A stretch of DNA of 52,542 bases from Bacteroidales bacterium (lineage in GTDB: Bacteria > Bacteroidota > Bacteroidia > Bacteroidales > UBA12077): the NCBI GenBank assembly GCA_028282585.1, contig JANQHR010000145.1, positions 1 through 52,542 of the forward strand, read 5' to 3'. Positions 38,938 through 49,957 of this stretch are shown here, piece after piece. The position numbers and the translations under genes are program-made. Each line of letters begins with the position of its first letter. Position 1 is the stretch's first letter. The notes beneath the pieces were generated by a model that was not told where the DNA came from, did not search any database, and saw nothing but the letters and a program-made list of their open reading frames with translations.

Positions 38938-40488
38938 GTGAGCACTGAACTAGTAATTAATGTAACCACCTCTGAAATTGCCATAGCTTTATTAGAAAAT
39001 AAGCAGCTCGTTGAGTTAAATAAAGAAAAAAGAAATTTACAGTTTGCGGTTGGAGACATTTACCTTGCCAAGGTAAAAAGAGTAATGCCTGGACTTAATG
39101 CAGCTTTTATAGACGTAGGTTATGAAAAAGATGCATTTTTACATTATCTTGATTTAGGTCCACAATTTAGAACATTAAGTAAATTTGTTAAAAGTTCTTT
39201 ATCTAAAAAAGGGAAGGCTCCATCTATTCCTAAGCTTAAGATTGAGCCGGATATTGATAAAAATGGTAAAATTACGGATGTATTAAAAGCTGGTCAGTTA
39301 GTTTTAGTTCAGATTGCAAAAGAACCGATTTCCACAAAAGGCCCTAGGTTAAGTTCAGAAATCTCAATTGCCGGAAGGAATTTAGTATTAATTCCTTTCT
39401 CTAACAAAGTTTCTATCTCACAGAAAATAGAATCTCCTGAAGAAAAGAAACGATTAAAAAAGCTTGTTGAGAGTATTAAACCCAAAAATTATGGCGTAAT
39501 TGTAAGAACGGTAGCCGAGGGGAAAAAAGTTGCCGTACTGGATTCTGAATTAAGAGGCTTAGTACAAAAATGGGAGACGGCATTTCAAAAAATAACATAT
39601 GGTGAAGTGCCACGCCTTGTTATAAGCGAGTTAAATAGAACTTCTGCTGTTCTTCGCGATGTTCTCAATGGTTCTTTCAATCATATTTTTGTAAACGAAG
39701 ATACAGTTTATCGAGAACTAAAAGATTATATACGTACCATTGCTCCTGAGAAAGGTAAAATAGTTAGACTTTTTGAGGGGGAACAACCCATTTTTGATCA
39801 TTACGGTGTTGATAAACAGATTAAGTCATCATTTGGCAAAACAGTTTCTTTTAAAAGTGGAGCATATTTGATTATTGAACATACTGAAGCACTTCATGTT
39901 ATTGACGTAAATAGTGGTAATAGATCAAAGTTAGGTGAAGATCAGGAATCAAATGCTTTGGAAGTAAATCTAGCAGCAGCAGATGAAATTGCCCGCCAAC
40001 TGAGACTTCGTGATATGGGAGGGATAATCGTTGTTGATTTCATTGATATGCATAATGCTGAAAATAAACATCGAGTTTATGAAAAGATGAAAGAAGCAAT
40101 GGCCTCCGATCGTACAAAACATAATATACTTCCTCTTAGTAAATTCGGTTTAATGCAGATTACGCGACAACGCGTAAGACCTGAACTGAATTTAGAAGTG
40201 ATGGAAAAATGTCCAACCTGTAAAGGAACTGGAGAAATTGCACCTAGTGTTTTATTGGTTGATGACATTGAAAATCACTTGAACTTTTTAGTAAACGAAG
40301 CAAAGTATAAAAATCTCACCTTAAAGGTTCATCCGTTTATTGCCGGTTATCTTAAAAAGGGACCATTATCCAAGAAATTTAAATGGTTTCTTAAGTTTAA
40401 GAAAAACATTAAGATAGAAGCTATAAATTCTTATCAACTTCTAGAGTTCCATTTTTTTGATACAAATGGAGAAATTATTAAGGATTAA
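38938..40488 (+). CDS. Ribonuclease E/G family
   Basis: S1 domain AAFIDVG..KDAFLH, KEPISTKGP, IDVNSG, RLRDMGGIIVVDFIDM, CPTC.G; GTG start. Confidence 0.94.
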   Translation: MSTELVINVTTSEIAIALLENKQLVELNKEKRNLQFAVGDIYLAKVKRVMPGLNAAFIDVGYEKDAFLHYLDLGPQFRTLSKFVKSSLSKKGKAPSIPKLKIEPDIDKNGKITDVLKAGQLVLVQIAKEPISTKGPRLSSEISIAGRNLVLIPFSNKVSISQKIESPEEKKRLKKLVESIKPKNYGVIVRTVAEGKKVAVLDSELRGLVQKWETAFQKITYGEVPRLVISELNRTSAVLRDVLNGSFNHIFVNEDTVYRELKDYIRTIAPEKGKIVRLFEGEQPIFDHYGVDKQIKSSFGKTVSFKSGAYLIIEHTEALHVIDVNSGNRSKLGEDQESNALEVNLAAADEIARQLRLRDMGGIIVVDFIDMHNAENKHRVYEKMKEAMASDRTKHNILPLSKFGLMQITRQRVRPELNLEVMEKCPTCKGTGEIAPSVLLVDDIENHLNFLVNEAKYKNLTLKVHPFIAGYLKKGPLSKKFKWFLKFKKNIKIEAINSYQLLEFHFFDTNGEIIKD

Positions 40489-40593
40489 GTAACTAATAAT
40501 TCAACTGAAACCATACCCTGTTAATAATTGTTAATATCTAAATATGTAGATATTAATTATTGTATGTCTGTTTTTTATTTAATACTTAATGTT

Positions 40594-40601
40594 TAAATTT
40601 G
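40594..40601 (+). promoter_or_regulatory. -7 element for dsbD
   Basis: TAAATTTG. Confidence 0.55.
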
Positions 40602-40623
40602 GGATCTTAAAATTGATATAACC

Positions 40624-42612
40624 ATGAAAAGAATAGCATTATTAACAAGCATTTTAATTGTTTTTACTTATGGAGTTTTTGCTCAAGTTGTTGATCCCGT
40701 AAAATGGAAAAATAGAGTTAAACTGGGTGAAGACGGAATGGCTGAAGTTATTTTTGAAGCTAATATAGATATGAACTGGCATTTATATTCTCAATATTTT
40801 GATGAAGGAGGACCAGTTCGTACAACATTTTATTTTGATGAATCTGATAAATTTGAATTGATTGGCACTCCATCTGAAAGCCCTGAACCTAAAGAGGTAA
40901 TGGACGAAATATTTAAAATGAAGGTTAAATATTTTAGTCATAAAGCAACATTTGTTCAAAAAATAAAATTACTAACCGAAGAATCTTTTACAATAACAGG
41001 TTCTGTTGAATACCAGGTTTGCCAGGATGATAAATGTGTTTATTTTAATCCGGATTTTAAGGTAAACGTGAAAGGAACAACGTCACCAACAGCTTTGACA
41101 GAAACTTTAACATCTCATGTAGAAATTGAGGATGAACCATCTTCAAGTACAGATATGGAATCCAAATCAATTTGGGGTTTTTTCTTATTGTCATTTGTTT
41201 TGGGATTGGCTGCAATACTTACGCCCTGCGTTTTTCCAATGATTCCGATGACGGTTTCATTTTTTATGCAAGGACAAACTTCAAAGTTTAATTCAATAGT
41301 TAAGGCTTTAATATTTGGAATATCAATTGTATTACTATATACAAGTGTTGGGTTAATTGTATCGCTAACCAGTGCCGGAGCAGATTTTACAACAGGTTTA
41401 AGTACACACTGGATTCCAAACACTATATTTTTTGTATTGTTTTTAGCATTTGCAGCATCATTCTTTGGAATGTTTGAAATAGTTCTTCCTTCAGGTTTAG
41501 CTAATAAAGCTGATCGACAGGTTGATAAAGGAGGTTTTTTAGCTTCATTTTTTATGGCATTTACATTGGTTGTTGTTTCATTTAGTTGTACAGGACCTAT
41601 TGTAGGGGCTTTGTTAGTGAAAGCGGCAGCAGGTGATGTTTTGGAGCCTTTAATTGGAATGTTTGCATTTGGTTTCGCTTTTGCCCTGCCTTTTACATTA
41701 TTAGCAATTTTCCCAAGATTACTTAAAAACATGCCTAAGTCTGGCGGATGGATGAATGCTGTTAAAGTAGTATTAGGATTTGTTATTCTAGCCTTTTCGT
41801 TAAAGTTCATTTCAAATATTGACCAAACTTACCATTTAGGAATTTTAAGCCGTGATGTATTTTTGGCAATTTGGATAATTTTATTTGTTTTGATGGGAAT
41901 ATATTTATTAGGAAAGATAAAGTTTTCGCATGATAGCGATGTAAAATTTGTTTCAGTTCCAAGATTAGTACTAGCAATAGCTTCTTTTACATTTGCATTA
42001 TACCTGTTACCTGGTATATTTGGGGCCGACCTGACTGCTGTATCTGCTTTAATTCCTCCGAAATCTGCTCAGCAATTTGATATTTCAAAAACCCAGGTTA
42101 ATGTTGGCGTTTCAAAAACTGAACCTATTTCATTATGCGAAACTCCTAAATACTCAGATATTTTACATTTGCCGCATGGATTAGAAGGCTATTTTGATTA
42201 TGAAGAAGGAATAGCTTGTGCAAAAAAAATGAATAAGCCTGTTTTATTAGATTTTACAGGTCATGCATGTTCTAATTGTAAAGAGATGGAAAGTAAGGTA
42301 TGGTCAGACCCCGAAGTATTAAAACGCCTTCGGGAAGATTATATAATAATTGCTCTTTACGTTGATGATAGGACAAAACTACCAGAAAGTGAATGGGTAG
42401 AGTCAACTGTTGATGGTAAAGTTAAAAAAACCTTAGGTAAAAAGAATGCTGATTTTCAGATTGCTAAATACAATATTAATACTCAGCCATATTATGTTTT
42501 AGTTGATACCAATGGCGAAACATTGGTGGAGCCTGGAGGACATGACTTGAATATTGATAATTTTGTTAAATTCCTTGATTCGGGATTAGAAGAGTTTCAA
42601 AAAAGAAACTAA
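40624..42612 (+). CDS. dsbD: Thiol:disulfide interchange protein DsbD
   Basis: N-terminal C....C (CQDDKC), TM domain TPCVFP / SCTGP, thioredoxin CSNC. Confidence 0.9.
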   Translation: MKRIALLTSILIVFTYGVFAQVVDPVKWKNRVKLGEDGMAEVIFEANIDMNWHLYSQYFDEGGPVRTTFYFDESDKFELIGTPSESPEPKEVMDEIFKMKVKYFSHKATFVQKIKLLTEESFTITGSVEYQVCQDDKCVYFNPDFKVNVKGTTSPTALTETLTSHVEIEDEPSSSTDMESKSIWGFFLLSFVLGLAAILTPCVFPMIPMTVSFFMQGQTSKFNSIVKALIFGISIVLLYTSVGLIVSLTSAGADFTTGLSTHWIPNTIFFVLFLAFAASFFGMFEIVLPSGLANKADRQVDKGGFLASFFMAFTLVVVSFSCTGPIVGALLVKAAAGDVLEPLIGMFAFGFAFALPFTLLAIFPRLLKNMPKSGGWMNAVKVVLGFVILAFSLKFISNIDQTYHLGILSRDVFLAIWIILFVLMGIYLLGKIKFSHDSDVKFVSVPRLVLAIASFTFALYLLPGIFGADLTAVSALIPPKSAQQFDISKTQVNVGVSKTEPISLCETPKYSDILHLPHGLEGYFDYEEGIACAKKMNKPVLLDFTGHACSNCKEMESKVWSDPEVLKRLREDYIIIALYVDDRTKLPESEWVESTVDGKVKKTLGKKNADFQIAKYNINTQPYYVLVDTNGETLVEPGGHDLNIDNFVKFLDSGLEEFQKRN

Positions 42613-42626
42613 AATGAAAAACTAAG

Positions 42627-42660
42627 GAGCGAATCAATTTTTAATAATTGATTCGCTCTT
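42627..42660. terminator. Terminator between convergent dsbD and apbE
   Basis: gagcgaatcaatt...aattgattcgctc 13-bp stem. Confidence 0.82.
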
Positions 42661-42667
42661 TAGTATA

Positions 42668-43672
42668 TTAAATATTTTCAAGTAAATTTTCCATCGCAGG
42701 AGTCATCTTAACCTGATAATTGCCTTTTTCATCGTTATAAACAAAGTAAGCTTCCAGTTCCGGGATTTTCATTACTACATCATAAGCTTTTTCTAACCCC
42801 ATTACTAAAAAGGCTGTAGCAAATGCATCAGCAGTAATACAATCATTTCCAATTACAGTTACACTTAATAAAGAATGGTTAACCGAGTATCCTGTTTTTG
42901 GGTTAATTGTGTGAGAATATTTGACGCCATCTCGTATATAGAATTTACGATAGTTACCAGAAGTAGCTAATGATTTATTCGAAAGTTTGATAATAGCTTG
43001 TAAATTTTCTCCTGGAACGTTATTATTATCAAAAGGTTTATCAATTCCAATTTTCCATACTTTATGTTTTCGATTAACACCTTTTGCTTTTACCTCTCCG
43101 CCAATTTCAACTAGATAGTTATTTACACCGCGTTCTTCGAGAAACTGAGCAACTATATCTACTGAATATCCTTGAGCAATAGCATTCATATTTATTTTTA
43201 CTCGGTCATCATGTTTGATAATAACAGAGTCTTTTATATAGATTAAGTCAAAACCTACAAATTCAAGGATGCTATCAATCTTTGCATTCGTTATGTTCTC
43301 TTTATTCTTAAAACCAAACCCCCAGGCATTAACCAATGGAGCAACAGTAATGTCAAAATATCCATTTGTGGCATTGTATACTTCATCCGCTTTTTTAAAT
43401 ACAGTTCTTAAATATTCATCTGTTTTATCCGATTCGTTTTTATTAATTTTTGAAATAACAGAATACGGATTATAGGTAGAAAGAGATGAGTCAAACTCTG
43501 CTAATAAGTAATCAATTTCTTTTTTATAGTTAATACTATCGGGGCTTTCATAAGTAATACTATAAGTAGTTCCTTGGGCAAAACCTCCAAATCCGACATA
43601 ATCTTTTGAAGGGTTTAAATTACAACTTGTTAAAATAACAGTGATAAGGATAAGTAATAATAAATTTCTCAT
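42668..43672 (-). CDS. apbE: FAD:protein FMN transferase ApbE
   Basis: Lipobox, QGTTY, FDITV.PL..WGFG, VEIGGE, ATSGNY, HTINP.TG, ADA.AT. Confidence 0.93.
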   Translation of the reverse strand: MRNLLLLILITVILTSCNLNPSKDYVGFGGFAQGTTYSITYESPDSINYKKEIDYLLAEFDSSLSTYNPYSVISKINKNESDKTDEYLRTVFKKADEVYNATNGYFDITVAPLVNAWGFGFKNKENITNAKIDSILEFVGFDLIYIKDSVIIKHDDRVKINMNAIAQGYSVDIVAQFLEERGVNNYLVEIGGEVKAKGVNRKHKVWKIGIDKPFDNNNVPGENLQAIIKLSNKSLATSGNYRKFYIRDGVKYSHTINPKTGYSVNHSLLSVTVIGNDCITADAFATAFLVMGLEKAYDVVMKIPELEAYFVYNDEKGNYQVKMTPAMENLLENI

Positions 43673-43760
43673 GGCGAGTTTAATTAGTTTTTTAATGAGT
43701 AATACGAATTTACTAAGAATTTAAAGTATAAATCAACTTTATTGCAAGATTTTTGACATA

Positions 43761-43791
43761 AAAAAGCCGGAAAGCTTTTTGCAATCCGGCC
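43761..43791 (-). terminator. Terminator after nqrF
   Basis: aaaaagccgga...tccggc hairpin with U tract on - strand. Confidence 0.7.
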
Positions 43792-43809
43792 TGATATGTA
43801 TTGATTATT

Positions 43810-45072
43810 TTAACCACCAAAATCGTCAAATGCTAACATTTCATCAGGTATTCCTAAGTCGTAGATCATTTTCTGAACTGCATCATTCATCATAGGAGGC
43901 CCACATAAGTAGTATTCAATCTCTTCCGGTTCTTCATGTTTACTTAAATATTCATTGTAAACCACCTGATGAATAAATCCTGTTAAACCATCCCACTTAT
44001 CTTCTTCTTTAGGCTCAGATAAAGCCAGATAGAATTTGAAATTAGGAAACTTCTTTTCAATTTCTCTAAATTCATCTTCATAAAAAACTTCCCTCTTTGA
44101 TCTTGCACCATACCAATATGTGACTTTCCTTCCAGTTTTTAAGGTGTGGAAAAGATGGAATATATGAGAACGTAATGGGGCCATTCCAGCACCGCCACCA
44201 ATATACATCATCTCACGGTCAGTTTCCTTAATAAAGAATTCACCATATGGACCTGAAATTGTTATTTTATCACCTGGTTTCAATGAAAAAATATAAGATG
44301 AGCAAACTCCTGGATTAACATTCTGGAATGCACCTTTTGACCTATCCCAAGGTGGAGTGGCAATACGAATGTTCAATTTAACTATATTCCCTTCTTTAGG
44401 GTAGTTTGCCATTGAGTATGCTCTGTATGTAGGTTCTGTGTTTTTCATCTTTAAATCCCACATATTGAACTGATCCCATTCATCCCGGAATTCTTCTTCA
44501 ACAGATATATCTTTAAAGTTGACTTCAACCTTAGGTACATCAATTTGAATGTACCCGCCAGATTGGAAATCAAGATCTTCTCCTTCGGGTAGCTTAACCA
44601 CAAATTCCTTGATAAAAGTTGCAACATTTTTATTGGAAATAACTTCGCATTCCCATTTTTTGATTCCCATAACTTCTTCCGGGATACCCAATTTCATGTC
44701 GTTACGAACTTTCACCTGGCAACCCAACCGCCAGTAATTTTGTGCTTCTTTTCTGGTAAAAAAATCGGTTTCTGTTGGAAGTATGCTTCCACCACCTTCA
44801 AAGACCTGACATTTACACATAGCGCAAGTACCACCACCACCACAAGCGGATGGTAAAAATATTTCGCTATTAGATAAAGTTGCTAGTAGAGTGCTACCAG
44901 GGCTAACTTCTAATTCTTTTTCTTCATTGATAGTTAACTTAACATTTCCCTGCGGGATAAGTTTTTTTCTTGCATATAGAAGAACCAGTACTAATGCAAG
45001 AATAATTGTTAAGAATATTGCAATACTTAACAGAATAACCGTAAAATTTGATGTTAGTAGGATCATTCTCAA
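43810..45072 (-). CDS. nqrF: Na+-NQR subunit F
   Basis: [37 protein letters not shown]. Confidence 0.96.
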   Translation of the reverse strand: MRMILLTSNFTVILLSIAIFLTIILALVLVLLYARKKLIPQGNVKLTINEEKELEVSPGSTLLATLSNSEIFLPSACGGGGTCAMCKCQVFEGGGSILPTETDFFTRKEAQNYWRLGCQVKVRNDMKLGIPEEVMGIKKWECEVISNKNVATFIKEFVVKLPEGEDLDFQSGGYIQIDVPKVEVNFKDISVEEEFRDEWDQFNMWDLKMKNTEPTYRAYSMANYPKEGNIVKLNIRIATPPWDRSKGAFQNVNPGVCSSYIFSLKPGDKITISGPYGEFFIKETDREMMYIGGGAGMAPLRSHIFHLFHTLKTGRKVTYWYGARSKREVFYEDEFREIEKKFPNFKFYLALSEPKEEDKWDGLTGFIHQVVYNEYLSKHEEPEEIEYYLCGPPMMNDAVQKMIYDLGIPDEMLAFDDFGG

Positions 45073-45087
45073 AGTTCTTTATAATAT

Positions 45088-45705
45088 TTATAATTTAATT
45101 CCCATGAATCCCATAAAAGCCATTCCCATTAAACCTGTAATAATAAATGTAATACCAAGGCCTTTTAGAGGATCTGGAATATTCGAATATCTTATTTTTT
45201 CTCTAATTGCTGCAATACCAACAATTGCAAGGAACCAACCTAAACCTGAACCAAGCCCGAAAGCAGTTGCTTCTGCAATGTTATTATACTCGCGCTCTTG
45301 CATAAATAACGAGCCACCTAAAATTGCACAGTTTACCGCAATAAGTGGTAAAAATATGCCTAATGAGTTATACAATGTTGGTGAGAATTTCTCAATAATC
45401 ATTTCTACCAATTGTACCATTGATGCAATAACCGCAATAAATATAATGAAACTCAAGAAACTTAAATCAACATCAATAAACTTCGGGCTTAACCAAACTA
45501 AAGCACCTTCTTTAAGCAAGAAATTATGAATTAAATAATCTACCGGAACAGTAATTCCTAATACAAAAATTACAGCTATTCCCAAACCTGTGGAAGTTTT
45601 TACCGTTTTTGATACTGCTAAATATGAACACATACCTAAAAAATATGCAAATATCATATTATCAATAAAAACTGACTTGACAAATATATTTACTAAGTTT
45701 TCCAT
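45088..45705 (-). CDS. nqrE: Na+-NQR subunit E
   Basis: [23 protein letters not shown]. Confidence 0.96.
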   Translation of the reverse strand: MENLVNIFVKSVFIDNMIFAYFLGMCSYLAVSKTVKTSTGLGIAVIFVLGITVPVDYLIHNFLLKEGALVWLSPKFIDVDLSFLSFIIFIAVIASMVQLVEMIIEKFSPTLYNSLGIFLPLIAVNCAILGGSLFMQEREYNNIAEATAFGLGSGLGWFLAIVGIAAIREKIRYSNIPDPLKGLGITFIITGLMGMAFMGFMGIKL

Positions 45706-45729
45706 TTTTCTAATTTTTGAGATTAAGAA

Positions 45730-46377
45730 TTAGTTTGATTCAACCAGTTTTCTATTCTTAGCGCGTTGTACCCAAATAATTACACCAACAACAATTAATG
45801 CCATTGGAGGAAGAATCATAAAACCGTTATTTTCATAACCAAAATCGTAAAAACCTTCCGGTATTACCTGGTATCCCCAGATAGTCCCCGAGCCTAAGAA
45901 TTCTCTAAAAAACGCTACAATGATAAGAATTACACCATATCCGGCAGCATTTCCAAGTCCATCAAGAAAAGCGGGCCAAGGTTTATTACTTAATGCAAAA
46001 GCTTCCAAACGTCCCATGATAATACAATTTGTAATAATCAAGCCAACAAAAACAGATAATTGCTTACTAATATCGAATAAGAAAGCTTTTAAGAATTGGT
46101 CAACTAGGATTACCATTGCTGCAATTACCACCAATTGAACAATAATTCTGATTCTTGGGGGAACCGTTTTTCTTAATAATGATATTACTACATTAGATAC
46201 TGCCATAACAAATACCACCGATACTGCCATAACAAATGCCGGTTTCACTTTAACAGTAATAGCTAAAGCCGAACAAATTCCCAGAACCTGAACAGTAATA
46301 GGATTACTGTCGTTTAGAGGTTCTGTTAATAATTTGATATTCTTGCCCGAAAAGAGAGGTTCTTTTTCTTCGCTCAT
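45730..46377 (-). CDS. nqrD: Na+-NQR subunit D
   Basis: LGICSALA, GLIITNCIIMGR.EA. Confidence 0.96.
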   Translation of the reverse strand: MSEEKEPLFSGKNIKLLTEPLNDSNPITVQVLGICSALAITVKVKPAFVMAVSVVFVMAVSNVVISLLRKTVPPRIRIIVQLVVIAAMVILVDQFLKAFLFDISKQLSVFVGLIITNCIIMGRLEAFALSNKPWPAFLDGLGNAAGYGVILIIVAFFREFLGSGTIWGYQVIPEGFYDFGYENNGFMILPPMALIVVGVIIWVQRAKNRKLVESN

Positions 46378-47087
46378 TATATGTTATTTTTTAATGTTTT
46401 AAAATAAGGTTCATAACTACTTAAGCAGTCTTTAAGCATATCATCAACACCATTGCTGGTAATTGTGCCACCAGAAACTCCGTCTACTTCGTACTTAGAA
46501 TTAGGGTCTGCTGTTCCACCTTTCACTACACTAACTGAAACAAACTTTCCTGTTTCATTAAAAATCTGCTTTCCAAAAAACTGCTGCTGGAATTCGGCTG
46601 TTTCAATTTCCGCACCTAAACCGGGAGTTTCAGCCTTGTGCGCAAAATTTGCACCGAAAATAGTTGAAAGGTCATTCTCTAACGAAACATACCCCCAAAC
46701 CGGGCCCCATAGCCCTTTTCCATAAACCGGCAATATGTATTGCTTAGAATCTTCTAAAGAACTAACAAATATAGGAAGGCTCCTTTCTTCAAGAGGTTTT
46801 GATAACTCCTTTTTCATGTCAACTTTAAAAGCATCAACATCTTCCTTTAATTCTCCTTTAGAATCTACAGCATAACTTTCTATGATATATTTATCATAAA
46901 GTTCTTCTGCATTTTGAGCTGTACTTTCAATATTAATTGAAGTAAGAATATTTTGCTTTTTGTTAATTTCTACATTTCTTTTTTGAAACGGTTGTAATGT
47001 CATCGCCGCAACAGAAAGTATAGCTGCAACAGATACAACCATTATTGAAGAAAAAATGAAAATATACGTGTTACTATATGATCTCAT
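46377..47087 (-). CDS. nqrC: Na+-NQR subunit C
   Basis: GKGLWG, ETPGLG, FMN site DGVSGGT. Confidence 0.95.
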   Translation of the reverse strand: MRSYSNTYIFIFSSIMVVSVAAILSVAAMTLQPFQKRNVEINKKQNILTSINIESTAQNAEELYDKYIIESYAVDSKGELKEDVDAFKVDMKKELSKPLEERSLPIFVSSLEDSKQYILPVYGKGLWGPVWGYVSLENDLSTIFGANFAHKAETPGLGAEIETAEFQQQFFGKQIFNETGKFVSVSVVKGGTADPNSKYEVDGVSGGTITSNGVDDMLKDCLSSYEPYFKTLKNNI

Positions 47088-47097
47088 ATCTATATTT

Positions 47098-48282
47098 TTA
47101 AGCTTTTATTTTTGCTCGTTTTAATCGTTTTTTGATGTTATTTTCTATTACATAGTGATCGATGAGTGGAGCAAATACATTCATTAAAAGTATTGCTAAC
47201 ATTACTCCTTCAGGATATGCAGGATTAACCACGCGAATTAAAATTGCAAGAAATCCAATTAAGAAACCATAAATAATTTTACCTTTAGGAGTTTGTGAAG
47301 CAGAAACCGGATCTGTTGCCATAAATACAGCTCCAAATGCAAATCCTCCTAACATTAAATGCTGCCATGCCGGTACACTGAAAAACGCCTGAGCTGTTTC
47401 CGAAAGCCCTTCAGCAGTTGAAAATGCATTCAGCAATAACCCCATTACTAAACCTCCAACAAAAGTAGAGATCATAATACGCGCACTACCAACTCCAGTG
47501 AATAGCAATATTGCTGCTCCGATTAAAATAGCTAGAGTTGATGTTTCTCCAATTGAGCCTAGAATTGTTCCAAAGAACATTTCAGATAGTTGAGGTAGTT
47601 TATCGATATTTCCTGCTGCAGCTTCTGCTAAAGGTGTAGCGCCTGAAAAAGTATCAACTATTCCTTCGCCTTGGATCATACCATGGGTCCAAACTTCATC
47701 TCCGGACATATAGGAGGGATACGCAAAAAACAAGAAAGCTCTTGCCGTTAAAGCAGGATTTAAAATGTTCATTCCTGTTCCACCAAAAACTTCTTTGCCA
47801 ATAATCACAGCAAACGCCGTAGCTAAAGCTACCATCCATAAAGGAACATCAACTGGAAGTACCAAAGGTATTAACATTCCTGATACCAGGAATCCTTCAT
47901 TAACTTCATGCCCTCTGAATTGTGCAAAAGCAAATTCAATTCCTAAACCAACTCCGTACGAAACTACTATTATTGGAAGTACTCTAAGGAAACCCAACCA
48001 AAATATTTCAAATAATGTACCTTCTTGGCCTGTGGCCTTAAAATGGTGGAATCCTATATTCCACATTCCAAATAAGATAGTTGGAACCAACGCAAACACG
48101 ACGATAGACATTGTTCTTTTCATGTCGACAGAATCGCGAATATGTGCTCCTTTGGTAGTTACTTTATCTGGAACAAACATGAAAGTTTCAAAAGCATCAA
48201 ATGTAGAATGCAGCTTTTCAAATTTTCCTCCTTTTTCAAAGTGAGGTTTTAATTTATCTAAATATCTTCTTAACGATTTCAT
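47098..48282 (-). CDS. nqrB: Na+-NQR subunit B
   Basis: HIRDSVDMKRTM, KEVFGGTG, FMN site SGAT, GETS, FMATDPV. Confidence 0.96.
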   Translation of the reverse strand: MKSLRRYLDKLKPHFEKGGKFEKLHSTFDAFETFMFVPDKVTTKGAHIRDSVDMKRTMSIVVFALVPTILFGMWNIGFHHFKATGQEGTLFEIFWLGFLRVLPIIVVSYGVGLGIEFAFAQFRGHEVNEGFLVSGMLIPLVLPVDVPLWMVALATAFAVIIGKEVFGGTGMNILNPALTARAFLFFAYPSYMSGDEVWTHGMIQGEGIVDTFSGATPLAEAAAGNIDKLPQLSEMFFGTILGSIGETSTLAILIGAAILLFTGVGSARIMISTFVGGLVMGLLLNAFSTAEGLSETAQAFFSVPAWQHLMLGGFAFGAVFMATDPVSASQTPKGKIIYGFLIGFLAILIRVVNPAYPEGVMLAILLMNVFAPLIDHYVIENNIKKRLKRAKIKA

Positions 48283-48287
48283 TAATA

Positions 48288-48364
48288 TTTTAGCTTTTAG
48301 CTTTTAGCTTTTGGCTTTTAGTGAATAAAGGATCAAATTCACTAATAGTTGGAAGCCGGTAGCT
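48288..48364. repeat. Heptamer tandem repeat plus hairpin in nqrA-nqrB spacer
   Basis: (ttttagc)x3, ttttggc, ttttagt, then stem tagtgaat...attcacta. Confidence 0.8.
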
Positions 48365-48368
48365 TAAT

Positions 48369-49721
48369 TTAACTCATTTCCTTTCTCATCAAATCAAGTC
48401 CATCTCTAATAATCGATTGAACTTCGGTTTTTGAAGTACAAACATATTCGCAAAGGGCAAAATCTTCTTCGTCAACTTCATAAATACCCAATTGTTCCAT
48501 TTTATCAATATCTTCAACCATAATTGCTTTTATCAGTTGAACCGGGTAAATATCCATTGGAAATACTTTTTCATACTCACCAGTTACTACATAAGCTCTA
48601 GGGCCCCCGTGAAAGTTGGTGTCCAGACGATACTTTTTTCCTGGGATTAACCATGATAAAAGTGTACGAGAAGCAGTATATTTCTTAAAACCAGGTGCTG
48701 CCCAACCAAAAAATTCGTGATACTTACCCTCCGGAATAATAGTTATTTGATTGTCGTAGAAACCAATATAACCATCATCTTCTATTTTTGATCCTGTTAA
48801 AACATTCCCGCTTATATATCTTAATTCTCCATCATTAACATTATTTTTTACAAGATTTTTAATAGAAGCTCCATTTAATACTTTAAAATATTTTGGGTTC
48901 TTTACTTCAGATCCGGTTAAAGCAACAATCTTAGTTGCGTCGTAAATACCTTTTTCAAAAAACCTTCCGATTGCAGCAATTTCTTGAGGATACGTATACC
49001 AAACAATATCCCCTTTATTGATCGGATCAATTTTGTTAATTTGTACTCCTACATTACCAGAAGGATGTGGACCTGTGAAATAGTTTAACTGAACATTTTT
49101 TGCTTTTGTGTAAGTATCAGCTGGAGGATAGTCAGCGTTCAAATTCAGATGAATCTTCCCATTAGTTAATTTTGATAAAACATTAATTCCTTTCTGGAAA
49201 CACTCAACACAGTCCTTAACCATATAATCCATATCAGGAGCAAGAGGGGCACTGTCAAAAGCTGAAATAAAAATTGCTTTTGGAATATCATTTGGATTTG
49301 CAATTGTAGAATATGGCCTTTGTCTTAAAGATGGCCAAAGTCCACTATTTTGTAAAGCTTCAACTATTTCTTCTCTTGAAAGATCTTTAGGATCGGCAAC
49401 CTTAAATTGTTCATATTCAATTATTGCGTCGGCTTTTACAACCACCTCAAGAATAGCTCTTCGTTCACCTCGATTAATTTCAACAACTTCGCCGCTTACG
49501 GGAGAAACAAATTGCACTTCCGGTTGAAATTTGTCAAAGAAAAGTGGTGTTCCGGCTTTTACATTATCGCCAACTTTTACAACTAATTTAGGGCGAATAC
49601 CTATGAAATCTGTTGGCTTTATTGCATAAAGATCTGCCTGATCTGCCTTTTTCATTATCTTTTCGGCAGTACCAAGCAGGCTTATATTTAAGCCTTTTTT
49701 GATTTTTATAACTTTAGACAT
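48369..49721 (-). CDS. nqrA: Na+-NQR subunit A
   Basis: IKKGLNI, GPHPSGNVG, ISGNVLTG, EVDEEDFALCEYVCTSK. Confidence 0.96.
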   Translation of the reverse strand: MSKVIKIKKGLNISLLGTAEKIMKKADQADLYAIKPTDFIGIRPKLVVKVGDNVKAGTPLFFDKFQPEVQFVSPVSGEVVEINRGERRAILEVVVKADAIIEYEQFKVADPKDLSREEIVEALQNSGLWPSLRQRPYSTIANPNDIPKAIFISAFDSAPLAPDMDYMVKDCVECFQKGINVLSKLTNGKIHLNLNADYPPADTYTKAKNVQLNYFTGPHPSGNVGVQINKIDPINKGDIVWYTYPQEIAAIGRFFEKGIYDATKIVALTGSEVKNPKYFKVLNGASIKNLVKNNVNDGELRYISGNVLTGSKIEDDGYIGFYDNQITIIPEGKYHEFFGWAAPGFKKYTASRTLLSWLIPGKKYRLDTNFHGGPRAYVVTGEYEKVFPMDIYPVQLIKAIMVEDIDKMEQLGIYEVDEEDFALCEYVCTSKTEVQSIIRDGLDLMRKEMS

Positions 49722-49756
49722 GCTTAGTTATTCTTATAATTTTTATTCAGTGTTAA

Positions 49757-49957
49757 CAAATTTAAAAAATATATAAAACAATCTGTTTTTTTATTCTTTT
49801 TGATGGTTAAAACTATTCAAATTTAACTTTGTTTATCAAAACTGTGAAAAAAATAACACTATAAATCAAAAAAATAAAAAACCTTATACAAGTATTTCAA
49901 TTACTGATTTTTGTGAGCTAGTGTTAAACCCAAAATAAACTCGTGTTGGCAAAGATA
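49757..49957 (-). promoter_or_regulatory. nqr control region with three candidate -7 elements
   Basis: TAAATTTG at 49757-64 and 49818-25, TATCTTTG at 49950-57 (all - strand). Confidence 0.5.

Noticed and set aside
42668-49721. apbE next to nqr as a novel association
   Set aside because: Established: ApbE flavinylates NqrB and NqrC
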